45,957 nucleotides of DNA from Nitrospirota bacterium (GTDB taxonomy: Bacteria > Nitrospirota > UBA9217): NCBI GenBank assembly GCA_035623825.1, contig DASPSR010000002.1, positions 1 through 45,957 of the forward strand, given 5' to 3'. Position 1 is the stretch's first letter. Each line of letters opens with the position of its first letter. The translations under genes and the position numbers were made by a program. Below the pieces are notes generated by a model. That model searched no databases. It saw nothing but the letters and a program-made list of their open reading frames with translations, and was not told the origin of the DNA. Positions 1 through 10,498 of the stretch are shown here, piece after piece.

Positions 1-1
1 C

Positions 2-262
2 CCGGTGAACGCGCTCAAGATCGACCGAAGCTTCATCAGCAAGCTTACCGCCGAAGGGGCAAATAAGGAGATCATCACCTCCATTATTTCCCTTGCCAAA
101 AACCTGCACGTTGACGTAATAGCCGAAGGAGTGGAGATGGAGCATCAGTTATCCAATATCAAGGAACTGGACTGCGGCTATTGTCAAGGCTTCCTCATTG
201 CGCGTCCGATGGCGCAGGATAAATTAGACATGTGGATACATGAGCAGCACCAATTGGTGTAA
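2..262 (+). CDS. EAL-domain c-di-GMP phosphodiesterase, C-terminal fragment (5' truncated by window edge)
   Basis: LKIDRSFI, VIAEGVE and QGFLIARP motifs of the EAL domain C-terminus; frame open to the window edge. Confidence 0.9.
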   Translation, partial: PVNALKIDRSFISKLTAEGANKEIITSIISLAKNLHVDVIAEGVEMEHQLSNIKELDCGYCQGFLIARPMAQDKLDMWIHEQHQLV

Positions 263-816
263 GAATTCAACCAAGAAATCGCATCACAGCTGCCCTTCAG
301 CGACATCGCAAACCTGCCCGATGTCCGGTGCATACCCAGAGTTTCCGCAACGAACAAGCATGCACAGCCAACGTTAATGCCTCCCTGCACCCCGTTGATC
401 ATGTAGTCCTGTACTGCTATGAAATCGTTTATACCGGCTAATCTGCAGTGTCCTTTAATAGGCAGCCGGTGCATACGTGTAGGTCGTGGTCATACCAATA
501 ATATTCCGTACAAACAATAATATTGGTTGAAAAAAATTCCCGGGATATCGTTCAGAAGTCATGCTCGCCTACCCACATATAACCCAATTAATTCCCTCAA
601 GTTATGCTGGAAATGTGACGATAAAATACTGATAGGGGCCTAGATGAGATTCCCAAAAATATCAAATACTAGGCACCTTTACATAAAATGCCCGTGAATC
701 GATAGATGGCATTGACACTTGCAGGTTTTGTACAGCCAGCATACGAGATCTTATGCACCGGGGAGGAAGCAGGGGTCGTGCCATAGGAAACCTGAGAAAG
801 TCGGAGCGGGAAAGCA

Positions 817-2844
817 ATGATAGTGACCAGGAAACTGAAAAAGTTGAGCAGGCAGATAAACGAGAAAATAACCGAGCGCAAGCAGATCGAGGAAGCCCTG
901 CGCGAAAGCGAAGCCCAGTATCGGGCCCTCTTCGAGGGCTCACCGGACGCCATTTTTCTTGCTGATCCGGAATCAGGGATCATCCTTGATGCAAATCCGG
1001 CGGCATGTCGGCTCCTGGCACGGCCATATGAAAAAATCGTTGGACTCCATCAGTCTAAAATACATCCATCGCACAGGGAATCATACTCTCGCACGATATT
1101 TAACCAGCATGTCACCGAAGCGATGGAACAAAAGGGATTACATCCTTCTGAAATGGTGGTTCTCCGTCCCGATGGAACAGAAGTGCCAGTGGAGGTCCTG
1201 GCGCAGCTGGTCACCATCAAGAGAAAAAAAGTCCTCCAGGGAGTGTTCCGGGATATCACGGAACGCAGAGAGGCTGAACAAGCGATGCGCGGAAGTGAGG
1301 AGAGGTTGCGGCAGGCTGTCCGTGTTTCCCAGATCGGAATATACGATCACGACCATATCACTGACACCATTTACTGGTCGCCTCAGCAGCGGGAAATCTA
1401 TGGTTGGGGGCCACATGAGATCGTTACCCTGCAGGCGTTTCTCGATCGAGTCTATCCTGAGGACAGGGAGAGAATAGCACTGGCTGTTCGGCGTGCCCAC
1501 GACCCGTCAGGTGATGGTTTATTTGATGTCGAGCATCGGATCATACGCCGCGACGGCGCCATCCGGTGCCTGACCACGCGATCGCAGACCTTCTTCGACG
1601 GCGAGGGCGGTGCCCGCCATCCGGTACGCACCATCGGAGCTGTCCGGGACATCACTGAGAATAAACGAGCAGAGGAGGAGAGGGAAAAGCTGCAAGCCCA
1701 GTTGACACAAGCGCAGAAGATGGAGTCCGTCGGTCGTCTGGCTGGCGGCGTGGCACATGACTTCAACAACATGCTGAGCGCGATCCTCGGTCATGCAGAA
1801 TTGGCCCTGCATAAGCTTGACAAGACCTCGCCCCTGCAAGCTGACCTCCGGAAAATCCGAATAGCCGCGCAGCGGTCCGCCGATCTCACACGCCAGCTTC
1901 TGGCCTTCGCTCGCAGGCAGACCATTGCGCCCAAGGTACTCGATTTGAACGAAACCGTGGAAGGGATGCTGAAGATGCTCCATTGTCTGATCGGTGAGGA
2001 TATCGATGTGGCTTGGCTGCCTGGCGGCGGCCTATGGACTGTCAAAATCGACCCCGTTCAGGTCGACCAGATTATGGCAAACCTTTTGCTCAATGCCCGT
2101 GACGCCATCACCGACAAAGGCAAGGTTACAATAGAGACCGAAAACGTCGCGCTGGACGAAGTTTACTGCGCCGGGCACCCCGGATTCGTGCCAGGCAGGT
2201 TTGTTATGCTGGCAGTGAGCGACGACGGCTGCGGCATGGACCGTGAGATTCTCGCTCACCTCTACGAACCCTTTTTCACCACCAAGGGCGTGGGCCAGGG
2301 CACCGGTCTGGGTCTCGCGACCGTGTATGGCATCGTCAAGCAGAACTCCGGGTTCATTAACGTTTACAGCGAGCCAGGCAAAGGGACGATATTCAAGATC
2401 TACTTGCCCTGTTACGCGATCAAGAACGTGCCGGCCGTCACGGAGGAACAAGCACAGGCGCCAGAGGGCGGCACAGAGACGATTCTGCTGGTCGAGGATG
2501 AACCGATGATCCTCGACCTAAGCAAAGACCTGCTCGAGGAACTGGGATATACAGTGCTCGCTGCGAGGACTCCCGGTGAGGCGATCCGCCTTGCCGAGGA
2601 GTATGCCGGCGAGATTCAATTGCTCATGACCGACGTTATCATGCCCGAGATGAACGGTTGGGACCTCGCTAAACGGCTGCTTTCCCTTTACCCTGACCTC
2701 AGGAGCCTGTTCATGTCCGGCTATACGGCCAGGATCATCTCCAAACGCGGGGCGCTGGAAGAAGACGTTCACTTCATGCAGAAACCGTTTTCCATGAGCG
2801 TCCTGTCCGCGAAGGTGCGAGATGCACTTGAAAGAGACAGGTGA
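817..2844 (+). CDS. PAS-domain hybrid sensor histidine kinase (PAS-PAS-HisKA-HATPase-REC, CckA-like)
   Basis: Two PAS/PAC units (FRDITER, VRDITE), H-box AGGVAHDFNN, N-box NLLLNARDA, G boxes DDGCGM and GTGLGL, C-terminal receiver (LLVEDE...TDVIMP...KPF). Confidence 0.93.
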   Translation: MIVTRKLKKLSRQINEKITERKQIEEALRESEAQYRALFEGSPDAIFLADPESGIILDANPAACRLLARPYEKIVGLHQSKIHPSHRESYSRTIFNQHVTEAMEQKGLHPSEMVVLRPDGTEVPVEVLAQLVTIKRKKVLQGVFRDITERREAEQAMRGSEERLRQAVRVSQIGIYDHDHITDTIYWSPQQREIYGWGPHEIVTLQAFLDRVYPEDRERIALAVRRAHDPSGDGLFDVEHRIIRRDGAIRCLTTRSQTFFDGEGGARHPVRTIGAVRDITENKRAEEEREKLQAQLTQAQKMESVGRLAGGVAHDFNNMLSAILGHAELALHKLDKTSPLQADLRKIRIAAQRSADLTRQLLAFARRQTIAPKVLDLNETVEGMLKMLHCLIGEDIDVAWLPGGGLWTVKIDPVQVDQIMANLLLNARDAITDKGKVTIETENVALDEVYCAGHPGFVPGRFVMLAVSDDGCGMDREILAHLYEPFFTTKGVGQGTGLGLATVYGIVKQNSGFINVYSEPGKGTIFKIYLPCYAIKNVPAVTEEQAQAPEGGTETILLVEDEPMILDLSKDLLEELGYTVLAARTPGEAIRLAEEYAGEIQLLMTDVIMPEMNGWDLAKRLLSLYPDLRSLFMSGYTARIISKRGALEEDVHFMQKPFSMSVLSAKVRDALERDR

Positions 2845-2858
2845 CCAGGAGAGAACTC

Positions 2859-3788
2859 ATGACAAAAGCAAACATCCTCTTAGTTGAAGACAGCAAGACT
2901 CAGGGGGCAGAAACAAAAAAGTTCCTTGAGAAATGCGGATATAATGTGACCTGGGCCCAAGATGGGATGTCAGTATTCAAAGTCGCGACGGCCCAAGCCA
3001 TCGATGTCGTACTGCTGGATCGTGTATTGCCGGACATGGACGGGAGCCAGATTTGCCGGTGGTTCAAACTTAACCAGGAGACCAAAGGAATACCGATCAT
3101 AATGATTACCGCCAAGAGCACAACAATGGACAAAGTCCAGGGATTGGAATCCGGCGCTGATGACTATCTGCCGAAACCGTACGAAGAAATAGAGCTGAAC
3201 GCGCGAGTATACGCGGCGCTAAGGACCAAGACTCTCCGGGACGAGTTAAAGCATGCGAATCAGGAACTGAAGGAGATGCTCACCAGAGTCGAGATCATGT
3301 CCATTACAGACCCAATGACGGGACTCTTCAACAGAAGGCGGTTCGAGCCACTGCTCGACCTGGAATTCAAGAAAGCGACCAGATACTCTGTGTCATTAAG
3401 CTGCATGATGATCGACATCGATAACTTCAAGGTCGTAAATGACAACTATGGCCATGCCGTGGGAGACGTCGTCATCAAAGACGTATCATTGATCATTCAG
3501 CAGAGCATTAGGGACGTCGATACCGCATGCCGTTGGGGCGGTGAGGAATTTGTAGTATTGACCCCCTTTACAAATAAAATGAACGCCGTAATACCAGCAC
3601 AGAAGATCCTACATTCTTTGCTCGATCATACCTTTGCGGGTTTAGGCGGCAAAAAAGTGACCGTCAGCATTGGAATCGCCGACGTATCCGCACCCGACAT
3701 TGACACAGCCGAGAAATTGGTCAACGCAGCAGACATTGCCATGTATGAAGCCAAGCGCAAAGGAAGAAACAGGATTGAAATAAAATGA
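2859..3788 (+). CDS. Response regulator diguanylate cyclase (REC-GGDEF)
   Basis: N-terminal REC (LLVED, LLDRVLP, KPY); GGEEF site with RxxD I-site (RDVD) 5 aa upstream; ATG 2859 after AGGAGAG. Confidence 0.93.
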   Translation: MTKANILLVEDSKTQGAETKKFLEKCGYNVTWAQDGMSVFKVATAQAIDVVLLDRVLPDMDGSQICRWFKLNQETKGIPIIMITAKSTTMDKVQGLESGADDYLPKPYEEIELNARVYAALRTKTLRDELKHANQELKEMLTRVEIMSITDPMTGLFNRRRFEPLLDLEFKKATRYSVSLSCMMIDIDNFKVVNDNYGHAVGDVVIKDVSLIIQQSIRDVDTACRWGGEEFVVLTPFTNKMNAVIPAQKILHSLLDHTFAGLGGKKVTVSIGIADVSAPDIDTAEKLVNAADIAMYEAKRKGRNRIEIK

Positions 3789-4145
3789 ACATATAAGAGG
3801 AACAACCAGAAATTACTTGCGGCCTGGATTTACCAAAATCAAAGTTTGACGTCGTAACCCGAGAAAAACCCCTTCCTGAAGTTGCTGCGGTTCTAACTCT
3901 CTGCAACACACAATATTTGAAATTGAAAATTGCGAGGATACCTGAATAACTGCAGACAAAGAATGCACATTTTTGATGTCCTTCGTTTGATGAAATAAAT
4001 TAACATATTCATGCGTCATAATGACGGCATACTTGTGGCGAGCATTAAGACGATTACCCCCATGCCCTTGCGTGTTCTCATACTTAAGTGGAATTGACAT
4101 TCATCTGAAAGAGAGCTTTTTTTAAATTGGTGCAGGGGGTGAGCC

Positions 4146-4538
4146 ATGTTCAAGAAGGTGCAGCGCATAGGTTCGGTGCACTTATGGTTGTGCGTGCTGA
4201 TAATGGCAGCGATATCCCTGGTAGTTGTCTTGACCGTAGGAGGCTCTTCCGCGAATTCGTTTGGATCAAGCACCGGGAAAACCTTCCAACAGCTTATGGA
4301 CGAGGCCATGACATCGATGGACCGCGGGATGGAAAACGCCAACATGACTGGCGACCCCGACCGTGATTTCGCCGCCATGATGATTCCGCACCACCAAGGG
4401 GCCGTTGATATGGCCAAGGCGGAGCTGCTTTACGGCACAGATCCTGCCATGCGGCGACTCGCCCAGGAAATCATCGTGACCCAAGAGCAGGAAATCGATG
4501 TGATGCGCATGCGTCTGAAACAGCTTACGACCAGGTAA
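4146..4538 (+). CDS. DUF305 (CopM-like) exported Met/His-rich protein
   Basis: D.DFAAMMIPHHQGAVDMA...LAQEIIVTQEQEI signature; N-terminal hydrophobic segment. Confidence 0.85.
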   Translation: MFKKVQRIGSVHLWLCVLIMAAISLVVVLTVGGSSANSFGSSTGKTFQQLMDEAMTSMDRGMENANMTGDPDRDFAAMMIPHHQGAVDMAKAELLYGTDPAMRRLAQEIIVTQEQEIDVMRMRLKQLTTR

Positions 4539-4569
4539 AGGGACGTTGGCCCACCCGAGGAGGTGCATC

Positions 4570-6021
4570 ATGTCTTTTAACTTCAAACAAAAATTGATCA
4601 CACTTACCATCGCCCTGCTTTTGGCCGCAGTTGCCAATGCCGGCCAGGTGCCCGGTCCAGCGAGCGCGCCGGACATCCCGATCTCTTCGCATGATCGTGT
4701 TTATCTCTCGGACCAGACCTCGAACACTGTCTCGGTTGTCGATCCGGCCGCGGAGAAGCTGTTGGGGGTAATCCGTCTAGGCGATCAAACCCCTGGCAAT
4801 TTGAGCCCGCTCTACAAAGGTCAGCTCCTGGTCCACGGCATGGGGTTCTCGCCCGATCATCGCACGCTTATTGTGGTCTCAGTTGGCTCCAACTCGGTAG
4901 CTTTCATCGATACTCAGGCCAATAGCGTCAGATACATCGCCTATGTCGGGCGCGCTCCGCATGAGGCTTTTTTTACGCCTGATGGCAAGGAGGTCTGGGT
5001 CACGGTTCGGGGAGAGGACTTCGTTCAGGTGCTCGACGGCAAAACCTATCAACCCAAGCGGCGCATCCAGGTGCCCAATGGACCTGGCATGACGATCTTC
5101 TCACCCGATGGCAGATACGGTTATGTCTGTTCGAGTTTCACGCCGGAAACGGTGGTGATTGACACCAAGAGCCACAAGATCGTTGGCCGGGTTAAGCAGG
5201 CCTCGCCTTTCTGTCCGGACATCGCGGCCACTCCGGACGGCAAACAGGTATGGTTTACGCTCAAAGACGTCGGGAAAACCCAGGTGATCAACGCAAAACC
5301 GCCCTTCGCCACCATCGCAGTGCTGGACACAGGCCCCATCACCAACCATGTTAATATCGTTCGCAATGCCAATGGCCAATTTGCCTATGTCACCGTGGGA
5401 GGGCTCAACGAAGTCAAGGTCTTCACTACCACCGATCATCCGGAGCTCGTCGCCACGATTCAGACCGGGGAACTGCCCCATGGGCTCTGGCCCTCGGGCG
5501 ATGGTACACGGATCTACGTCGGACTTGAGAACGCAGACGCGGTGACGGCGATCGACACCCTGAGCAACAAGGTTGTCACTACCATTAGTTCCGGCCAGTC
5601 GCCTCAAGGGATGGTCTATATCCCTAACGCGGTTCCTAGCGGTGAAGGCACTGAAAACCTCTCGCCCATCGGTAAATCCGGTGAAGCAGTTCATCTGACC
5701 TTGGTCTCAGTGGGGACGGGAAAAGCGGAGACCACGGTCGCTGTGAATAACCAAGGACTGGTAGACCTGCTGGAGGCAGCGGTCACCGGCCTCGAAGCGA
5801 AGAAGCCGTATTTGCTAGCGCTCGTCGACAACGCAGATGGGTCGGGACCTCTTGAACCTGTGGCGAAGTTCATGACCAATCCGGCCGGAGCCGCGATCGT
5901 AGTCACGGTCGGACCGCTCCGTAGATCTGTGCAGGGCAATGAGGGGGGTCCGCGCCGTTACCTGGTGATTGCACCCTTGATCGAGGACGAACCAGGCGCT
6001 CCGGTGCAGGTGCAGCGGTGA
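4570..6021 (+). CDS. Secreted YVTN/YncE-type beta-propeller protein
   Basis: Signal peptide ending ANA; repeated FSPDG/FTPDG and SN.V.V.D blade motifs; ATG 4570 after GAGGAGG. Confidence 0.85.
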   Translation: MSFNFKQKLITLTIALLLAAVANAGQVPGPASAPDIPISSHDRVYLSDQTSNTVSVVDPAAEKLLGVIRLGDQTPGNLSPLYKGQLLVHGMGFSPDHRTLIVVSVGSNSVAFIDTQANSVRYIAYVGRAPHEAFFTPDGKEVWVTVRGEDFVQVLDGKTYQPKRRIQVPNGPGMTIFSPDGRYGYVCSSFTPETVVIDTKSHKIVGRVKQASPFCPDIAATPDGKQVWFTLKDVGKTQVINAKPPFATIAVLDTGPITNHVNIVRNANGQFAYVTVGGLNEVKVFTTTDHPELVATIQTGELPHGLWPSGDGTRIYVGLENADAVTAIDTLSNKVVTTISSGQSPQGMVYIPNAVPSGEGTENLSPIGKSGEAVHLTLVSVGTGKAETTVAVNNQGLVDLLEAAVTGLEAKKPYLLALVDNADGSGPLEPVAKFMTNPAGAAIVVTVGPLRRSVQGNEGGPRRYLVIAPLIEDEPGAPVQVQR

Positions 6022-6173
6022 TAATAGAACCGGTTTCCTGCTGGGTAGTACAAGTGCGATGCCTGATCGAGCAAGGGACGGTGTTTAGCCGCGCCTCCCC
6101 CCCACCTCGTCTCGTTCAGGTTCCTTTAGGCGATTAAACGATCCCATTGGGGGCAAGTCATGGGGAGGAGCAT

Positions 6174-6674
6174 ATGATCAGAAGAGCCAGCTTCATACTT
6201 CTAGGCTTAATGGCCTTTCTTTTGTTTTCTGTCGTTAAGAATGGTGGAGGTGAGGTTGCCATGACTGAAAAAAATTCGCTGGGTGCCAATGACCCTGGTA
6301 TTGTCACAATCAAGAGCGGACTGTCGTTCTTGCAGACAGTAGAACGGCTGAAGACGGCGTTTCAATCTCACGGCATCAAAGTGTTCGCCGTCATCGATCA
6401 GCAGGCAGAGGCGAGGACTGCAGGGCTGGAAATGCCCCCGATGGCGCTCATCCTTTTCGGCAACCCGAAGGCTGGGACGCCACTCATGCTCGCACGGCCG
6501 CTTTCAGGGCTTGATCTACCGCTCAAAGCGCTCGTCTCGGAGGCGAAGGCCGGCGAAGTGCTGGTGAGCTTCAATTCCACGCAATACATCCTGAAACGGC
6601 ACGGGCTCCCGGACGAGCTTGGCTCAAACATAGCTCCGGCCGAACGCCTCATCGCAGCCGCGTTGAACGAATGA
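6174..6674 (+). CDS. DUF302 domain protein
   Basis: VFAVIDQ...LILFGNPKAGTPLM...GLDLPLK signature; start uncertain (6174 or 6261). Confidence 0.85.
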   Translation: MIRRASFILLGLMAFLLFSVVKNGGGEVAMTEKNSLGANDPGIVTIKSGLSFLQTVERLKTAFQSHGIKVFAVIDQQAEARTAGLEMPPMALILFGNPKAGTPLMLARPLSGLDLPLKALVSEAKAGEVLVSFNSTQYILKRHGLPDELGSNIAPAERLIAAALNE

Positions 6675-6970
6675 TGATACAAAGTACAGCCTGACCCACG
6701 CTGCGGAGGACGTGCGCTGAATCGATGTGATTTTCATCAAGAAATGGCGAAAGCCCCATTTTTGTGAACAATCAATAGTTCATTGGGAAATTAATATCGT
6801 CCCTCCAAAAAAAGATTTTCCGACAATGTTCACAACGCTCGGTCAAAGTCTAGACTCGTCTTGAGAATGTCGTCATAATACAGGATGCAATTAGGAGATG
6901 ATCCTGTGACCATTGAATCAGATCTTTCAAGTTGATGCGGAAGATATCGTTTTAAAAAAAGGAGAGGCAC

Positions 6971-7435
6971 ATGAAATGGATAACCCGTGAAAAGGTCAAG
7001 GTTGACCGTGTCGCATGCCCTTGGCTCATAAAAAAGTTTGTGGACACGGACGCAGAATTCTATTTTGTTCCTCCTGATCGGGTGCAAGCAGAAGCGGCGA
7101 GACTGAGCGCAATACCATTTGACGTCCCGAATGCAGAGCTTGGTCATAAGGGGAAAGAATGTTCATTTGATGCGATTGTTCATAAGTATGGGCTGGGAAA
7201 AGATCCTGCTCTCGTCCTGCTAGCAAGGATCGTGAATGGTGCAGATACGGACAACAGCTTACATGGCCAGCCGGAAGGACCGGGATTGAACGCAATTGCT
7301 GAAGGTTTCCGTCACCTTGGACTTGCTGATGACCACTCCATAATCAAGGCAGAATGGATCGTGTACGACGCACTCTACGCGTACTGTAAAGAGATGATTT
7401 CAAAGGGAATACCTCATGGCGCGTTCGCAGCGTGA
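6971..7435 (+). CDS. Stand-alone ChrB C-terminal-like domain (chromate resistance protein family)
   Basis: MKWITR...VDRVACPWLI.KF.D, H.G.ECSFDA and YDALY motifs; RBS AGGAGAGG. Confidence 0.85.
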   Translation: MKWITREKVKVDRVACPWLIKKFVDTDAEFYFVPPDRVQAEAARLSAIPFDVPNAELGHKGKECSFDAIVHKYGLGKDPALVLLARIVNGADTDNSLHGQPEGPGLNAIAEGFRHLGLADDHSIIKAEWIVYDALYAYCKEMISKGIPHGAFAA

Positions 7436-8624
7436 TGTCATTCTCTTGTTTTCGGCACGAAGCGTGCGGCTATTTGCCTACGGCGCCCTGTCGGTCATCC
7501 TTGCACTGTACTTGCATGATGTAGGTCTTTCTGGCCCTGAGATAGGTTTGCTCTTTACACTGACGCTTTTTGGCGATGCGGGGATCTCACTCTGGATAAC
7601 GACCACCGCGGACCGGTTGGGAAGGAAACGGATGCTTCTGCTCGGCGCTTCGCTGATGATTCTTGCTGGCGTGGTCTTCATCTTGACCGGAAATTTCATT
7701 TTGCTGTCGATTGGTGCGATTATCGGTGTCATCAGCCCCAGCGGAAACGAGATTGGGCCGTTTTTGTCATTGGAACAAGCCGCACTATCCCAGCTTCTTC
7801 CCGCCGAGCAACGGGTAAGGTCATTCGCCCTGTACAACCTTGCCGGTTCTCTTGCGACCGCCGCGGGTGCACTCGCTGCCGGTTTTGTTGCCCGAGCGCT
7901 CATAAACATGGGGTTATCTGAACTAGCATCATATCGAGCAGTGATCCTGGTGTATGCCGTGTGCGGCATCGCCATCATGCTGATATTCGTATTCCTGTCT
8001 CCTGCCGTGGAAGCCGCTGACACATTGCCCGCGAAAAGACTGGTCCTCGGCCTGCATAAATCCAGAAATATGGTTATGAAGCTTTCCGCGCTGTTTGCCC
8101 TAGACGCGTTCGCAGGCGGATTCGTGATCCAGAGCATGGTCGCCTACTGGTTCCATCTAAAATTCGGTGTACACCCTGCGGTGATTGGAAGTATTTTTTT
8201 TGGTGCAAACATTCTAGCCGGGGTATCCGCACTGCTTGCCGCAACTATCGCTAAACGCATAGGACTCATCAATACCATGGTCTTCACACACATCCCGTCA
8301 AATGTGTTGTTGTGCCTCGTTCCTTTGATGCCTGATTTGAGCCTTGCGGTAGTCGTCCTTCTCTGTCGCTTCAGCATTTCGCAGATGGACGTCCCCACAC
8401 GCCAGTCCTATACCATGGCTGTAGTTGCACCAGACGAGCGGTCAGCCGCGTCAGGTGTCACTACCATAGCGCGCTCCTTGGGGGCGGCAGTATCGCCTGC
8501 TCTCACCGGTTTGCTCCTGGCGTTTCCGGCGTTGATGAGCTTCCCTTTTTTAGCCAGCGGAAGTCTCAAGATCTGCTATGATCTGCTTCTGTACAAGAGC
8601 TTCAAGAATGTGAGCGAGGCGTAA
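7416..8624 (+). CDS. MFS transporter
   Basis: Multiple hydrophobic helices, motif A (ADRLGRKR), SQMDVPTRQSY; overlaps upstream gene by 20 nt. Confidence 0.9.
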   Translation: MARSQRDVILLFSARSVRLFAYGALSVILALYLHDVGLSGPEIGLLFTLTLFGDAGISLWITTTADRLGRKRMLLLGASLMILAGVVFILTGNFILLSIGAIIGVISPSGNEIGPFLSLEQAALSQLLPAEQRVRSFALYNLAGSLATAAGALAAGFVARALINMGLSELASYRAVILVYAVCGIAIMLIFVFLSPAVEAADTLPAKRLVLGLHKSRNMVMKLSALFALDAFAGGFVIQSMVAYWFHLKFGVHPAVIGSIFFGANILAGVSALLAATIAKRIGLINTMVFTHIPSNVLLCLVPLMPDLSLAVVVLLCRFSISQMDVPTRQSYTMAVVAPDERSAASGVTTIARSLGAAVSPALTGLLLAFPALMSFPFLASGSLKICYDLLLYKSFKNVSEA

Positions 8625-8893
8625 TCTGTCCAAAGGGGGGTATTTGTGTTGTCAGACCGATGCTGAATCTGCTGAACTACCGATACAGGCCACCTGGCGA
8701 TAAAGCGATATCGTCGCTGACGCGGGTATTTGCTGTAAGTTTTATCTAGTGCAACACAGTATCATTTCATGCCTGCTACTATTTTAGTACAGTATGCTCA
8801 ATAATCTGTTTCCGTAAGTGGTCCCTTTTTCATTTTTGCTATATTATAAATTACTACATCCCAAATACATCAATCCGCCCCAAAGGAGATGTC

Positions 8894-9343
8894 ATGACTA
8901 TGAAGAGGGTGCAAACCTATATTGCGGCTGTTGCGTTTATGATCTGCGCGATAGGCACCGCTCAGAGCGAGGTCGCGGTCAACATGCATGAAGGCGAATG
9001 GGAGACAACAATGGAAATGAAGATGGAGGGGATGCCAAAGGCTATGCCTCCGCTCAAGACAACGCAGTGCATCACCAAGGACAATATGATCCCGCGGCAA
9101 AAAGAAGGGAACAAATGCAAGGTGAAAAGTCAGAACTTGGTCGGCAATAAGTTGACTTGGACCGCTGAATGCGTCGAGAGAGGTTCGAAGACTGAGATGC
9201 AGGGGGAAATCACCTATAATGGCGATAGCTACAAAGGGAAGATAACCGTCAAGGAAAAGGGTACAGGGCGAACGGTCATTGTTTCTACCGGAGTGCTGAG
9301 CGGACGCCGTATCGGTGAATGCACGGACAAGACCAAACATTAA
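8894..9343 (+). CDS. DUF3617 family exported protein
   Basis: Signal peptide; G.WETT, TQCIT and terminal GRRIGEC pattern with four Cys; RBS AAGGAG. Confidence 0.8.
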   Translation: MTMKRVQTYIAAVAFMICAIGTAQSEVAVNMHEGEWETTMEMKMEGMPKAMPPLKTTQCITKDNMIPRQKEGNKCKVKSQNLVGNKLTWTAECVERGSKTEMQGEITYNGDSYKGKITVKEKGTGRTVIVSTGVLSGRRIGECTDKTKH

Positions 9344-9688
9344 AGCCACCCTTCTTAGTCCGCGTTCAAATTAACCTGCAGGTTCGTCAAGGCCACACTG
9401 AGGGGCCAACCCTCAGCAGCTCTATCATGCGGACATTGAGAAACTCGAGCTGTCTGTGCATGAAAAGAAGGCGAGCGACTAGGAGGCAAAGAAATGCACG
9501 GACCGCTGTTCATGTGCTGCCCGCGTATTTCCGCAACTCACACGATAAAGGAAGTTTCAACTCAGAATTTTTTTACGCCTGCTACTCTCTTCTTGTTAAT
9601 GATCCCCAATGAATAATATAGTTCGAAATCACTCAACGCCGTAAAATGCATATATTTTTAAATAACTTACTGTAATTTATTTTAAATA

Positions 9689-9717
9689 TTGACAGTTCGC
9701 ATGTAATGTGATATAAT
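9689..9717 (+). promoter_or_regulatory. Consensus sigma70 promoter overlapped by a partial copy of the operator ACAGTTCGCATG
   Basis: TTGACA (9689-94), 17 bp spacer, TATAAT (9712-17); 9692-9703 matches the left part of the palindrome at 10499. Confidence 0.8.
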
Positions 9718-9764
9718 TTGGACGTAATCAAGGATTGAAGCTCCTTCGGAGCAAGATAAACATT

Positions 9765-10466
9765 ATGGTCATTTCGGACAGCGACAAGCTCAGGTTCTAC
9801 GACGACAAGAAAAAGGAGTACTCCATCGCCGAGCTGACGGAAGCGACGGGCCTCAAGCCGAGGACCATATATTACTACGTCCAGGAGAAGATCATTCCCG
9901 GTCCCACGGGGGCCGGCAGCAGCGCGCGGTACGACGAGGAGCACAGGATCAAACTTCTTCTCATCAAGAAATTACAGGATGAACAGCGGATGAACTTACG
10001 GGTCATCAGAAACATCCTGGAGGACATTGAGTTCGTGCACGCGCCCATGCCGGGAGTGCCCGCGATCCCGGCAGGGGAAGACGAGCTGGACATCATCCTC
10101 GACCACTTCATCAGAGCAGCCTCTAAGAGGGACAAATCATTCGGACCAGCGGCGATGGTGTCGGATGCTCTAGAGATGGGGGAGGATTCTGCAACGGAAA
10201 GAAATAACCTCACGATGCGCGCTCAAGCAAAGCGGAAAGCGGAGCCTGCCGCGAGTCGCGTAGACTTGAACCTTTGGCGGAGCGCCCAAATGCCATTGTC
10301 CTACAAGCGTGAATCGGAAGAGGACGAGAAGATATGGCGGAAGGAGATGATCGTTGACGGCATGGACCTGTACGTTAGGAGGGACATAGAAAGGAAGTAC
10401 GGGAACGAGATCCGGGACCAGATTCTGGAGCTGAAGAAAAAGATCAAAGAGTCGAAGAAGGTGTGA
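9765..10466 (+). CDS. MerR-family HTH transcriptional regulator
   Basis: YSIAEL...GLKPRTIYYY...IIPGP...ARYDEEH...LLLIKKLQ...NLRVIR winged HTH; C-terminal WRKEMIVDGMDLYVR; start 9735 (TTG) or 9765 (ATG). Confidence 0.85.
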   Translation: MVISDSDKLRFYDDKKKEYSIAELTEATGLKPRTIYYYVQEKIIPGPTGAGSSARYDEEHRIKLLLIKKLQDEQRMNLRVIRNILEDIEFVHAPMPGVPAIPAGEDELDIILDHFIRAASKRDKSFGPAAMVSDALEMGEDSATERNNLTMRAQAKRKAEPAASRVDLNLWRSAQMPLSYKRESEEDEKIWRKEMIVDGMDLYVRRDIERKYGNEIRDQILELKKKIKESKKV

Positions 10467-10498
10467 ACGAAAGGGCTATTTTTTTTGCCTGAATATTA

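Noticed and set aside
2859-3788. Hypr GGDEF (cyclic AMP-GMP synthase)
   Set aside because: Signature position is the canonical Asp (GHAVGD), not Ser or Thr
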